Position numbers and translations under genes: made by a program. Of a stretch of 64,000 bases of DNA, positions 24,939 to 48,964 are shown one piece after another. The notes below the pieces were generated by a model, which was not told where the DNA came from, ran no database searches, and saw only the letters and a program-made list of their open reading frames with translations. How positions within the stretch are numbered: position 1 is the first letter of the stretch; each line of letters opens with the position of its first letter. Origin of the DNA: Eledone cirrhosa (lineage: Eukaryota); contig OZ024740.1 of the NCBI GenBank assembly GCA_964016885.1, positions 109,430,001-109,494,000 of the forward strand, given 5' to 3'.

Positions 24939-25989
24939 TCATCATCATCGACGTTTAACGTCCGTGTTCCACGCTTGCATGGGTTTGGACGGGGGTAGTC
25001 CCACTTGAGGCAAGAGTGATTGTCTTGCTCGCATAGGACTGTCTGGCAGGTTTTCTACAGTTGGATGCCCTTCCTAACACCAACCACATTTACAGTGTGG
25101 GTCTGGGAGGTTTTTACCGTGTTGCCTACACGGCCACATTACAGCGTGGACTGTGTGTTTTTTGTCGTGACACCTACACGATCTCATTTGTTTCGGCCTG
25201 GATGGCGCGGCACCAACATAACTTTACATAGAACGGGGTGGTGTGGATGGGGTGGTGGTGGTGGGACGGGGTGTATTTTGTTAGAGATGCCTACTGGCTG
25301 GAGTAGGTTTTACTATATATTTAGGTAAGGCGGGTCTTCTCTGTTACTGAGTACCGCCAAAGGTCTCGGTCCAGTGACATTGTCTTGGAGAGGTGTAAGT
25401 GTGTGATGTCGGAGTTTATCAGCTCGTCCCAGGTTTTTCTAGGTCTGCCTATTCCGTGACTACCGTTTATCTTTATTGCCCTGCACTTTGTTATACAGCT
25501 ATCGACTTTCATGCGCATCACGTGTCCATACCAACGTAGCCTTCTCTCGAGTAAACAACATCTGATCCCTCTTATCTCTAATTTTTTCCTTAGTTCGTTT
25601 ATGCTTTGCCGTTCACGTATATTACTGTTACACATCCAGCGGAGCATGCAAGCTTCGTTCCTCTCTAGTCTGCGTATATCCTCTGCACACAATGCCCAGG
25701 TCTCACTGCCATGCAGCATTGCTGTTCGTATGCAGGCATCGTACAACCTGCCTTTCATTTTTAGGGAGAACCCTTTAGCAGCTAATAGTGGTATAAGCTC
25801 TCTGAACTTTTCCCAACCAGTTCTGACTCTAGCTACAGTACTTTCAGAGCACCCTCCCCCACTGCTGATTTTATCGCCCAGGTAACGGAAGCTGTCCACT
25901 ATTTCTATAGAACCCTCTGCGCAGTTGAAAGAGCTAGTATTTTGTGGGCACTTGCTGCTACTTATTGCACCAGAACACCGGCCACATGT
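24939..25989 (-). mobile_element. RTE LINE 3' fragment (about 1 kb), 5'-truncated
   Basis: SFRYLGD ... [10 protein letters not shown] ... GRPRKTW; 3' UTR lacks the internal duplication. Confidence 0.93.
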
Positions 25990-26022
25990 ATATTTATATA
26001 TATATATTTATATATATATATT

Positions 26023-26077
<55 letters not shown>

Positions 26078-26438
26078 ATATATTTATATTTATATATATA
26101 TATATTTATATTTATATATTTATATATATATATTTATATATATATATTTATTTATATATATATATTTATATATATATATATATATATTTATTCATATATA
26201 TATATTTATATATATATATTTATATATATATATTTATATATATATATTTATATATATATATTTATATATATATATATATTTATATATTTATATATATATT
26301 TATATATTTATATATATATTTATATATATATATTTATATATTTATATATATATTTATATATATATTTATATATTTATATATTTATTTATATATTTATTTA
26401 TATATTTATATATATATTTATATATTTATATATATATT

Positions 26439-26473
<35 letters not shown>

Positions 26474-26512
26474 ATTTATATATTTATATATATATATATT
26501 TATATATACATA

Positions 26513-26557
<45 letters not shown>

Positions 26558-27230
26558 ATATATTTATATATATATATTTATATATATATATTTATATATC
26601 TTTATATATATATATTTATTTATATATATATGTATATATATATATTTATTTATATATATATATTTATATATATATATTTATTTATATATATATATTTATA
26701 TATATATATTTATTTATATATATTTATATATATATATTTATATATATATATTTATTTATATATATATATATTTATTTATATATATATATATTTATTTATA
26801 TATATATATATATTTATTTATATATATATATATATTTATTTATATATATATATATATATTTATTTATATATATATATATTTATTTATATATATATATATA
26901 TTTATTTATATATATATATATATTTATTTATATATATATATATATTTATTTATATATATATATATATTTATTTATATATATATATATATTTATTTATATA
27001 TATATATATATTTATTTATATATATATATATATTTATTTATATATATATATATATTTATTTATATATATATATATATTTATTTATATATATATATATATT
27101 TATTTATATATATATATATATTTATTTATATATATATATATATTTATTTATATATATATATATATTTATTTATATATATATATATTTATTTATATATATA
27201 TATATTTATTTATATATATATATATTTATT

Positions 27231-27264
<34 letters not shown>

Positions 27265-27286
27265 TATTTATATATATATATTTATT

Positions 27287-27318
<32 letters not shown>

Positions 27319-27336
27319 TATTTATATATATTTATT

Positions 27337-27370
<34 letters not shown>

Positions 27371-27374
27371 TATT

Positions 27375-27410
<36 letters not shown>

Positions 27411-27414
27411 TATT

Positions 27415-27450
<36 letters not shown>

Positions 27451-27454
27451 TATT

Positions 27455-27486
<32 letters not shown>

Positions 27487-27557
27487 TATATATATATATT
27501 TATTTATATATATATATTTATGTATATTTATATATATATATTTATATATATATATAT
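25990..27557. repeat. 1.6-kb TA microsatellite with TTTA/TTTATTTA higher-order units
   Basis: Directly visible. Confidence 0.95.
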
Positions 27558-27762
27558 GCAAAAGTTTTATTTAAAATTGTTGGGTTACAACGAGTAAATA
27601 TTTTATAACTCATATAAAGCACTCAACAAGTTTTGGAGTTGATATACGATATTAAACAAATGGAAACTATATTTATAAAACCATATTTATTTCATTATAC
27701 ATATTTCAGGGATACCATATTATGGTTTTATAAATATAGTTTCCATTTGTTTAATATCGTAT

Positions 27763-27808
<46 letters not shown>

Positions 27809-27829
27809 GCATACACCTGAATTAGAAAT

Positions 27830-30480
27830 CATTGTTATCGTTGTTGGTGTCATTGTTATCGTTGTTGGTGTCGTTGTTATCGTTGTTGGTGTCGTTGTTA
27901 TCGTTGTTGGTGTCGTTATTATCGTTGTTGGTGTCATTGTTATCGTTGTTGGTGTCATTGTTATCGTTGTTGTTGTCATTGTTATTGTTGTTGTTGTCAT
28001 TGTTATTGTTGTTGGTGTCGTTGTTAGCGTTGTTGGTGTCATTGTTATCGTTGTTGTTGTCATTGTTATTGTTGTTGGTGTCGTTGTTAGCGTTTTGGTG
28101 TCATTGTTATCATTGTTGTTGTCATTGTTATCGTTGTTGGTGTCATTGTTGTCGTTGTTGGTGTCATTGTTGTCGTTGTTGTCATTGTTATTGTTGTTGG
28201 TGTCGTTGTTAGCGTTGTTGGTGTCATTGTTATCGTTGTTATCGTCATTGTTATTGTTGTTGGTGTCGTTGTTAGCGTTGTTGGTGTCATTGTTATCGTT
28301 GTTGTTGTCGTCATTGTTATCGTTGTTGTTGTCATTGTTATCGTTGTTGTTGTCATTGTTATCGTTGTTGGTGTCATTGTTGTCGTTGTTGGTGTCATTG
28401 TTGTCGTTGTTGGTGTCATTGTTATCGTTGTTGTTGTCATTGTTATCGTTGTTGGTGTCATTGTTGTCGTTGTTGGTGTCATTGTTATCGTTGTTGGTGT
28501 CATTGTTATCGTTGTTGGTGTCATTGTTGTCGTTGTTGGTGTCATTGTTGTCGTTGTTGGTGTCATTGTTGTCGTTGTTGGTGTCATTGTTATCGTTGTT
28601 GGTGTCATTGTTGTCGTTGTTGTCATTGTTATCGTTGTTGGTGTCATTGTTATCGTTGTTGGTGTCATTGTTATCGTTGTTGGTGTCATTGTTGTCGTTG
28701 TTGGTGTCATTGTTGTCGTTGTTGGTGTCATTGTTATCGTTGTTGGTGTCATTGTTATCGTTGTTGGTGTCATTGTTATTGTTGTTGGTGTCATTGTTGT
28801 CGTTGTTGTCATTGTTATCGTTGTTGTCGTTATTGTTATGGTTGTTGGTGTCATTGTTATCGTTGTTGGTGTCATTGTTGTCGTTGTTGTCATTGTTATC
28901 GTTGTTGGTGTCATTGTTATCGTTGTTGGTGTCGTTGTTATCGTTGTTGTTGTCATTGTTATCGTTGTTGCTGTCATTGTTATCGTTGTTGGTGTCGTTG
29001 TTGGTGTCGTTGTTGGTGTCATTGTTGTCGTTGTTGTCGTTGTTGGTGTCATTGTTGTCGTTGTTGGTGTAATTGTTATCGTTGTTGTTGTCATTGTTAT
29101 CGTTGTTGTCGTCATTGTTATCGTTGTTGGTGTCATTGTTATCGTTGTTGGTGTCATTGTTATCGTTGTTGGTGTCATTGTTATCGTTGTTGTTATTGTT
29201 ATCGTTGTTGGTGTCATTGTTATCGTTGTTGGTGTCGTTGTTGGTGTCATTGTTGTCGTTGTTGGTGTCATTGTTGTCGTTATTGGTGTCATTGTTGTCG
29301 TTGTTAGTGTCATTGTTATCGTTGTTGTTGTCATTGTTATCGTTGTTGTTGTCATTGTTATCGTTGTTGGTGTCATTGTTATGGTTGTCGTTGTTATCGT
29401 TGTTGGTGTCATTGTTATCGTTGTTGTTGTTATCGTTGTTGTTGTTATCGTTGTTGGTGTCATTGTTATCGTTGTCGTTGTTATCGTTGTTGGTGTCATT
29501 GTTATCGTTGTTGTTGTCATTGTTATCGTGGTTTTCCTGTCATTGTTATCGTTGTCCTTGTTATCGTTGTTGGTGTCATTGTTATCGTTGTTGTTGTCAT
29601 TGTTATCGTTGTTGGTGTCATTGTTATCGTTGTCGTTGTCATCGTTGTTGGTGTCATTGTTATCGTTGTTGTTGTCATTGTTATCGTTGTTGGTGTCGTT
29701 GTTGTTGGTGTCATTGTTATCGTTAATGGTGTCGTTGTTGTCGTTGTTGGTGTCGTTGTTATCGTTGTTGGTGTCATTGTTATCGTTGTTGGTGTCATTG
29801 TTATCGTTGTTGGTGTCGTTGTTATCGTTGTTGGTGTCATTGTTGACGTTGTCATTGTTATCGTTGTTGTTGTCATTGTTATCGTTGTTGGTGTCATTGT
29901 TATCGTTGTTGGTGTCATTGTTATGGTTGTTGGTGTCATTGTTATCGTTGTTGGTGTCATTGTTATGGTTGTTGGTGTCATTGTTATCGTTGTTGGTGTC
30001 ATTGTTATCGTTGTTGGTGTCATTGTTGTCGTTGTTGGTGTCATTGTTGTCGTTGTTGGTGTCATTGTTGTCGTTGTTGGTGTCATTGTTATCGTTGTTG
30101 GTGTCATTGTTATCGTTGTTGGTGTCATTGTTATGGTTGTTGGTGTCATTGTTATCGTTGTTGGTGTCATTGTTGTCGTTGTTGGTGTCATTGTTATCGT
30201 TGTTGGTGTCATTATCATTGTTGGTGTCATTGTTATAGTTGTTGGTGTCGTTGTTGTTGTCATTGTTATCGTTGTTGTTGTCATTGTTATCGTTGTTGGT
30301 GTCGTTGTTATAGTTGTTGTTGTCATTGTTATCGTTGTTGTTGTCATTGTTATCGTTGTTGTTGTCATTGTTATCGTTGTTGGTGTCATTGTTATCGTTG
30401 TTGGTGTCGTTGTTATCGTTGTTGGTGTCGTTGTTATCGTTGTTGGTGTCATTGTTGTCGTTGTTGGTGTCATTATCATT
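27830..30480. repeat. 21-bp minisatellite (GTTGTTGGTGTCATTGTTATC)n and triplet variants
   Basis: Directly visible. Confidence 0.95.
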
Positions 30481-31411
30481 GTTGATATTGTTATTATTTT
30501 TGCTGCTGTTGTTGTTGCTATTGCTCTTGTTGCTGCTGCTGCTGCTGCCCTTGTTATTGATGTTGTTTTGCTGGTGTCATTGCTGCTGCTGCTCTTGTTA
30601 TTGCTGTTATTGCTGCTGCTGCTCTTGTTATTTCTGTTATTGCTGCTGCTGCTGTTATTGCTGTTGTTGCTGCTGCTGCTCTTGTTATTGCTGTTGTTGT
30701 TGCTGCTGCTGCTCTTGTTGTTGCTGCTGTTGTTGTTGTTGCTGCTCTTGTTGTTGTTGCTGCTGCAGCTCTTGTTATTGCTGTTGTTGTTGCTGCTGCT
30801 GCTCTTGTTATTGCTGTTGTTGTTGCTGCTGCTGCTCTTGTTATTGCTGTTGTTGCTGCTGCTGTTGTTGCTGCTATTCTTGTTATTGCTGTTGTTGCTG
30901 CTGCTGCTGCTCTTGTTGTTGTTGTTGTTGTTGCCGTTGCTCTTGTTATTGCTGTTGTTTCTGCTGTTATTGCTGCTCCTCTTGTTATTGCTGTTGTTGT
31001 TGTTGTTGTCGTTTTTGTTGTTGTTGTTGTTGCTGCTGTTGTCGTTGTTGCTGTTGCTGCTGCTGTTGCTGTTGTTGTAGCTGTTGTTGTTGTTGTCGTC
31101 GTTTCTGTTGTTGTTGCTGCTGTTGTTGTCGTTGCTGTTGTTGTTGCTGCTGTTATTGTTTTTGTTGCTGTCGTTGCTGTTGTTGTTGCTGCTGTTGTTG
31201 TTTTTGTTGCTGTCGTTGCTGTTGTCGTTGCTGCTGCTGTTGTCGTTGCTGCTGCTGTTGTCGTTGCTGCTGCTGTTGTCGTTGCTGCTGCTGTCGTCGT
31301 TGCTGCTGTTGTCGTCGTTGCTGCTGTTGTTGTCGTTGCTGCTGTTTGTTGTCGTTGCTGCTGTTGCTGTCGTTGCTGCTGTTGCTGTCGTTGCTGCTGT
31401 TGTTGTTGCTC
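30481..31411. repeat. (GTT/GCT)n degenerate triplet repeat
   Basis: Directly visible. Confidence 0.93.
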
Positions 31412-31609
31412 CATAGTTCTAGATGTAAAGATCACACTTGGTAAAATGTGAAATTATAAAAGAAATGTCCAAGAAATAAACAATAAAAAAACAATCAAAT
31501 AAATAAAAACCACAAAAAATGTTTCACCTAAAACATTACTGGAAACAGGTTTGTACTGGGTTGACATTTCACTACATCATCATCATTATCTGTAGCAGCA
31601 GTAAGTTCA

Positions 31610-32200
31610 CAATTACCAACAACAACCACATGAACAAGAACAGCAAAACCTCCACCTCCACTACCATCACCACAACACCTCCACTACCATCACCACCACA
31701 ACACCTCCATTACCACCACCACCACTCCACCACTCCACCACATCACCACACCACCACTCCACCACATCACCACACCACCATCACCACCACACCACCATCA
31801 CCACCACTACAATTACCAACACCCGCACCATAACAAACAATGATAGCAATACCACCACAATAACCGTAGTAGCAACACCACATCACTGCCACCACCATAC
31901 CACCACCACCACACACCACCACCACCACCACCACTCCACCACACACCACCACCACCACCACTCCACCACACACCACCACCACTCCACCACCACACCATCA
32001 CAACCACACACCACCTCCACCACCACTCCACTATCACAACCACCATCACAACCACCATCACAACCACACAACCACCATCACAACCACCACACCACCACCA
32101 CACTATCACAACCACACACCACCACCACCACTCCACCACCACCACTTCCCCCACACCACCACCACCACCTCCCCCACACCACCACCACCACCTCCACAAC
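31610..32200. repeat. (CAC)n-rich low-complexity tract
   Basis: Directly visible. Confidence 0.9.
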
Positions 32201-32304
32201 AACTTTAGTTCAATAAGTTCTGTGGCTGAGTGAAGTAAAAGAAAGTACATCAGATTTATCAGAAAAATGTTGGATATTAAAATTCCAATATGTCAACAAG
32301 AAAC

Positions 32305-32740
32305 AACTCTCTCCCTTCCGCTCTCTTCTGCTCCTTCTCCCTTCTGCTCTTTCCCGCTCCCTCTGCCTTCCGCTCCTTTCCGCTCCCTCTCCCTTCTGCT
32401 CCCTTCCGTTCCCTCCCTCTCCCTCCCATTCCCTCCCTCTCTCACCCTCTCTCACCCTCTCCACTTTCTCCCTCCCTCCTGCTCCCGCTCCCTCTCCCTC
32501 CCGCTCCCTATCCCTCCTTCTCCCCCCTCCTGATCCCTCTATACACCCCCCTCTCTCTCGCCCCTCTCTCTCTCGCCCCCTCTCGCCCTCTCTCGCCCCC
32601 TCTCGCCCTCTCTCGCCCTCTCTCTCTCTCTCTCTCGCCCTCTCTCGCCCTCTCTCTCTCTCTCTCTCGCCCTCTCTCTCTCTCTCGCCCCCCCCCCTCG
32701 CCCTCTCTCTCTCTCTCGCCCTCTCTCTCTCTCTCGCCCT

Positions 32741-32776
<36 letters not shown>

Positions 32777-32830
32777 CCGTTTTCTTCCCCCACCTTCCTC
32801 ATCTTCCCTCCCAGCTCCCCTCCTCTTTCC
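32305..32830. repeat. Polypyrimidine (CT/CTCTCGCC)n tract
   Basis: Directly visible. Confidence 0.9.
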
Positions 32831-33444
32831 AGTTAACTATGTGTTATATCTTACCATGGCAAAGGTGAAAGTTGACCCAAAAAAATTGAACTAGGTAACA
32901 ACAAAAAACAAGTGTGTACAATTGAATAGACATTTGTTCTGGATGTTTATACTGTGAGTTCAAATCCCAGTGTAGCATACATGGATGATAAACTCAATTG
33001 ACTGCCCAGTTTAGTACTACTACCTGGTCTTTGTTTGCTTTGTGGCTAGTATTCCGATCAAGTCACTGAGATGATGATATTGTCCTGACAAGAACAGTAA
33101 AACCTCCACTACCACACCACGACCACACCACCACGACCACACCACTATCTCCACTACCATCACCAACAAACAATATCAGCAGTAGCAACATCACCATCAC
33201 TACCATTACCAACACCCCCCACCATAACAAACAAACAAAAATAACACCTCCACCACAACACCACCAATCTCTGAGGCCACAAAAACTGTCATGGCCACTG
33301 TCTTTCTTTCTTTGACCAAACAATAAAGAAATATAAAGGCCTTAGACCAGATGAGATTCTGCTAAAGCAACCAAGGGCCAGTAATGGTTGTTAAATGAGG
33401 CGAGTATAAGTTAAATTTTCCATTTTAACATATCTTTAACACAT

Positions 33445-33645
33445 CGCATAAGGCAAGCAATTTTGGGGGGAAGGGAAAATCGATTAAATCGGCCCCAGTA
33501 CATTACTGATACTTTATTTCATCAACCCTGTAAGGTTGAAAGGCAAAGCTAACCTTGGCAGGATTTGAACTCAGAACGTAAAGGGCCGTAACTCTATGCC
33601 AGAAAGCATAGTGTCTGACGCTCTACCAATTTTGCCAATCCACCC
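33445..33645 (-). mobile_element. SINE family A
   Basis: Reverse complement contains GGATTGGCAAAATTGGTAGAG, GAGTTCAAATCC and the core; older copy at about 33930-34080. Confidence 0.75.
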
Positions 33646-35017
33646 TCTGTAGCTACGAGGGGCTATGGAAGAGAACTACCCCCTCCCACACACACACATA
33701 TACACACTTTTCAATTGTACACTCTCATATTCAGAATAATTTACTGTGTTGTACTTATTCAAAAACATCACCTTAGAATTATTGTGAAATAGTGTCCACC
33801 CAGAATGTCCTGAAGCCACCACCTCTTTTCCCATAACTCTAGAAATTGGCATAGGCCTGTATATAATGTTTCCTATTTTAGACAAGTTCAGCAATTTTTG
33901 TAGTATGTGTGTGGATGTATGTGTGACAATTATAGCAACCCCAGTACTTGACTGATCTTTTATTTTTATTAACCTTGGAAGGATGAAATGCAATGTTGAC
34001 CTCAGTTGGATTTGAACTCAGATGATAATGTCATAATTTAATTAGCACAAGGTAATTTTGTCCAAATGCTTTAACATAATGTCTATTCTATCATCTTACA
34101 ATAATAGCTACATCTATTGTTATTATTAAGCAACTCTGTTGTTCTATTTTACTCCAGGGCCTTGTGAAACCATATATCTTCATCTTGAACATTCCTCTCC
34201 AAAAGCAGGCTCGGGCAAAGTTTTTGTTTAAGACCAGCAGTTTCCCATGCAAGTAAGTGTTCTTTCTCCATGTCACCGATGTTGTCCATCAATGATGATA
34301 TGTTTATTCCAAAGCCCTTTCATGAAATTACTGTGAATTAAAGTACCCACACAGAATATTCTATGTGAGCCTAGGTTTGTGGTAGATAAAAAAATTAGGC
34401 ATGCATGCTTTGCTGGATGTGCAATGCCAGTGTGTGGGTGACAGAGCTTAAGTAAATTGAGTGAGAAGTTGAGAATAAGTAAAACTGAATATAGTGTGCA
34501 AGAGAGATGATTGTATTGATATAGACATGTGGTGCATAAAGAGAGATAGATAGAGAGATAGAGAGATAATTGTATAAAAGAAGTATGAAATGATTGAAGT
34601 GGACAGAACTTGTGGAAGATTAAGAAAGTCATGGGGCAAAGTTGTGAGTCATCACCTCAAGAAACTGAACCATAGAAAGGAGATGGCATAAGACCAATTG
34701 ACTGGTGATATGCCATAGTACAAAAAGACCCATTCACCAGTACAAACAGTGTGACACTAATAGTAAATAAGGGTAACAGACCAGACACTAAAGTGTTTGG
34801 CAATTGAATGGAGACAATATAAGGTTTGACAAGACACTTGTAAAATAATGACAATAGCCCCATCCAATGCTATGTCTCCCAATCTACTGCTCTGGACTTC
34901 TACTTCAGTTATTGGCCAACCCAAAAGCATGGAAGGTAAGGTTGACTAAGACAACATTTGAATTCAGTATGTAGGTAATTCATCAACGTTCCAGACAGTT
35001 GGAACACCATGATCAAT

Positions 35018-35473
35018 TTAACCCTTTGTTACCATATATCTAATGAAAGATAGTCTATTATTTCCAATGAATGTTGAAAATAATCAAGAATTTGGGGGGT
35101 AACATAAATAACTTCCTCAGTATTTATCTGATGCTTGGAGCATAACTTTCCTACATATAATTATAACGGAAAGTTTTTAGATAAATATAAACACTTTAAC
35201 TCTTTGGCATTTAAATTGGCCATATCCAGCCAGAAATCTCTCACCTCTTTCTGTTCAAACTGGCTGTGACCAGCCGCTCATACTGATGTTACGGTATTGT
35301 TCTTAAAATAACATCAAAATCTCATAGATTCAATATTTTGTGAGATAATTATGTGAGCTTTTACCATGAAAATATAATAGTAAATATAGAGTAATGTAAA
35401 TGCTAAAGGGTTAAAGCAGTTTTGCATCATAGAACCCTGGGCAGTTTCAGGCAGTTATGTATCAATCAGATTA
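35018..35473. mobile_element. TTAA MITE with a second TTAA MITE (35196-35414) nested inside
   Basis: Outer element homologous to 8760-8992; inner TTAA-CTCTTTGGCATTT ... AAATGCTAAAGGG-TTAA homologous to 2414-2625. Confidence 0.65.
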
Positions 35474-35835
35474 ACAAAGGTTCTTACATAAAATCATGAT
35501 GAAAGGGTGTTAGACAGATATCAACACTTTAAAATAAACAGCTTGGTATTGTAGAACCAGGAGTTGTTTCAGTATCAAAAAGGTTAGCCCGACATTCTGC
35601 CAATTTGTTACTTGTCTCACTATTAACACTATTCATATTGCAGTACAAACCACATGCTTACTGTGCACTTTAGAAGCCTCATTGCAGCAATAGACTGCAA
35701 TAATAGCAGCAGCAGGTAATCTATAATGCTTATATACAGCCCAATATATTTACTAATCATTATTCTTCCTGTTGGTGTTGTTGTTATAGAGAGGTGCTGT
35801 CTTACTTCTTCACTAGTCTTTTTTACGAGGTGTTT

Positions 35836-35849
35836 GTTGCCATAGCAAC
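35836..35849. promoter_or_regulatory. RFX X-box motif GTTGCCATAGCAAC
   Basis: 13/14 match to the palindromic X-box GTTGCCATGGCAAC, in non-repetitive sequence. Confidence 0.45.
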
Positions 35850-36196
35850 GAACTTAGTACATTGCATAGCTTATGTTTCACCCACAGAGACATATAAACC
35901 ACTCTTTAAATCTTTGCAGCCATCCATTATTGCCACCCCTCTTACTCTCTCACATCATTATCATCATCATTTCTTCTATGCTTCATTTCAAAGATAAAGC
36001 AACGAAAAGAGTTTTTCTGCTTCTATTATTTCAGGGTATGTTGTTAGGTGGGTTCTGCATTTGTATATGCTTGAGAAACAACTTGAGTGTGTTATTTATA
36101 AATATTTATATCTATATATATATATATATATATATATAAGTATGTATATATATATATATATAGGTATATATATATGTATGTGTATATATATATATG

Positions 36197-36225
<29 letters not shown>

Positions 36226-36227
<2 letters not shown>

Positions 36228-37250
36228 CATCATCACCGTTTTACGTCCGTTCTTCCACGCTAGCATGGGTTAGACGGGTTGTCCTGTTGTGGGCAGTGTC
36301 TGATCGGCTGACCATGCCTTGCTCATACAGGAACTGATTTGGCTTGATGCCGGATGCCCTTCCTAACACCAACCTCATTTACAGTGAGTGCTGGGTGCTT
36401 TTTCGTGGCGCCTACATGTCCACTTTACAGTGTGGGCTGGGTGCTTTTTTGCTGTGGCACCTCCACGACCACCTTGCGGTGTGGGGGCATATTGTCTATA
36501 TGCTTCAGCTTGTACCCATGGGAGGTCGGGTACTCTGTATTACTGCGTGACGCCAGAAGTCACGGTCGTGTGTCATTGCCTTTGAGAGGTGCAATTGGGT
36601 AAGGTCGGCTTTTATCACCTCATCCCAGGTCATCTTGGGTCTCCCCACTCCGCGGTTTCCATCAACTTCTAGTGCTCTGCACCTTTTTATGCAGCTGTCA
36701 TCCTTCATACGCAACACATGTCCATACCAGCGCAACTGCCTCTCCTGCACACAGCATTTGATTCCTCTTATGCTCAGTCTCTCTCTCAACTCATTTATGC
36801 TTTGTCGTTCACGTATATTACTGTTACACATCCATCGGAGCATGCAGGCTTCGTTTCTCTCTAATCTACGTAAGTCTTCCACCTTCAGCGCCCAAGTCTC
36901 TCTACCATGCAACATTGGTGTTCGGATACATGCATCATACAGTCTGCCTTCCATTCTGAGGGAGAAGCCTTTTGCAGCTAGCAGTGGTAGTAGTTCCCTA
37001 AACTTCTTCCATCCCGTTCTTACCCTAGTTATTGTACTTTCTGAACACCTACCTCCGCTGCTAATTCGGTCACCTAGGTAGCAGAAGCTGTCTACTGTTT
37101 CTACAGAGCCCTCCCAGAGATTGGTGGTACTTGTTTCCTGTGGCTGTTTGCTGCTTGCTGTCTCAGCACAGCTGCTGCATGTGAAGCCTACATTCTTAAT
37201 TAAGCTTCCTGAGATCCCGCTACATCTCTTGTGTACCCATTGTTTGCATT
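36226..37250 (-). mobile_element. RTE LINE subfamily 2, 3' fragment
   Basis: CKQWVHKRCSGI..FTCSSC..SFCYLGD..LRWYGHVLRM..GRPKMTW; distinct 3' UTR shared with 61612-61780. Confidence 0.92.
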
Positions 37251-37732
37251 TGCGTCCACACAAGATAGCGGTTTTGTTTCAGTGGCGTGAAAAGGTATTC
37301 GACAACTAGAAACAGCAGTCAAAATTCTTCTCAACAGAAATAGCTCTACAATTAAGGAGCCGTATATATATATCTAAGTCCAAAATTAAGATAAATGAAT
37401 TAAATGAATTTAATCTAAATCGAAATCATGGGTGTCATGACATAATGCATGCGCCATATATCCTGAGAGTTTAAGCTCAAAGATAAATAAATCTGAGCAT
37501 ATTATAATAACTAGAGATTGATTAACATATAAAAATACATGAATAATCACAGGAGATAATTTAAGCTTGCGTGTAACTGCGCATAGCTAGTTTAGGCAAT
37601 ATTTACCTTTAAGTGTGATTAACTTTAGCTGATATTATCCTTTCCTTGTTGACAATCCAATAATATCCACTTTCCGTGACTTACCATCTGATTAATTGGT
37701 GAAATATATTTCTTTAATGGGATATATACAAG

Positions 37733-44439
<6,707 letters not shown>

Positions 44440-44786
44440 GGAGGCATATGGCTTAGTGGTTAGAGCATTGGCCTTGCAATCGAAAGGTTGTGAGTTCAAT
44501 TCTCAGACCGGGTGATGTGTTGTTTCCTTGAGCAAGAGACTTTATTTCACATTGCTCCAGTTTACTCAGCTGTAGAAATGAGATGATAGGGACTGGGGTC
44601 TCTATCATCCCACTGCAAAGTGGTCGTGGAGGTGCCACGGCAAAAAAGCACCCAGCACTCGCTGTAAATGAGGTTGGTGTTAGGAAGGGCATCCAGCTGT
44701 AGAAATCATGCCAGAATCAGTTCCCGTCCCACCCTTGCAAGCAGGGAAAAGCAGACGTAAAATGAAATGATGAAATGATGATGATG

Positions 44787-44788
<2 letters not shown>
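44440..44788 (+). mobile_element. Full-length SINE family B: tRNA-derived head, central core, RTE-derived 3' tail, (GAT)n
   Basis: A box TGGCTTAGTGG, B box GAGTTCAATTC, core GTTTCCTTGAGCAAGAGACTT, tail GGTGTTAGGAAGGGCATCCAGCTGTAGAAA identical to the RTE 3' UTR. Confidence 0.9.

Positions 44789-48964
<4,176 letters not shown>

Noticed and set aside
28087-31444. Mucin-like, poly-Leu and poly-Cys ORFs
   Set aside because: Open in several frames on both strands because of triplet periodicity; no signal peptide or unique domain.
44440-44512. tRNA gene
   Set aside because: The tRNA-like head continues into a SINE core and RTE tail; no proper acceptor stem.
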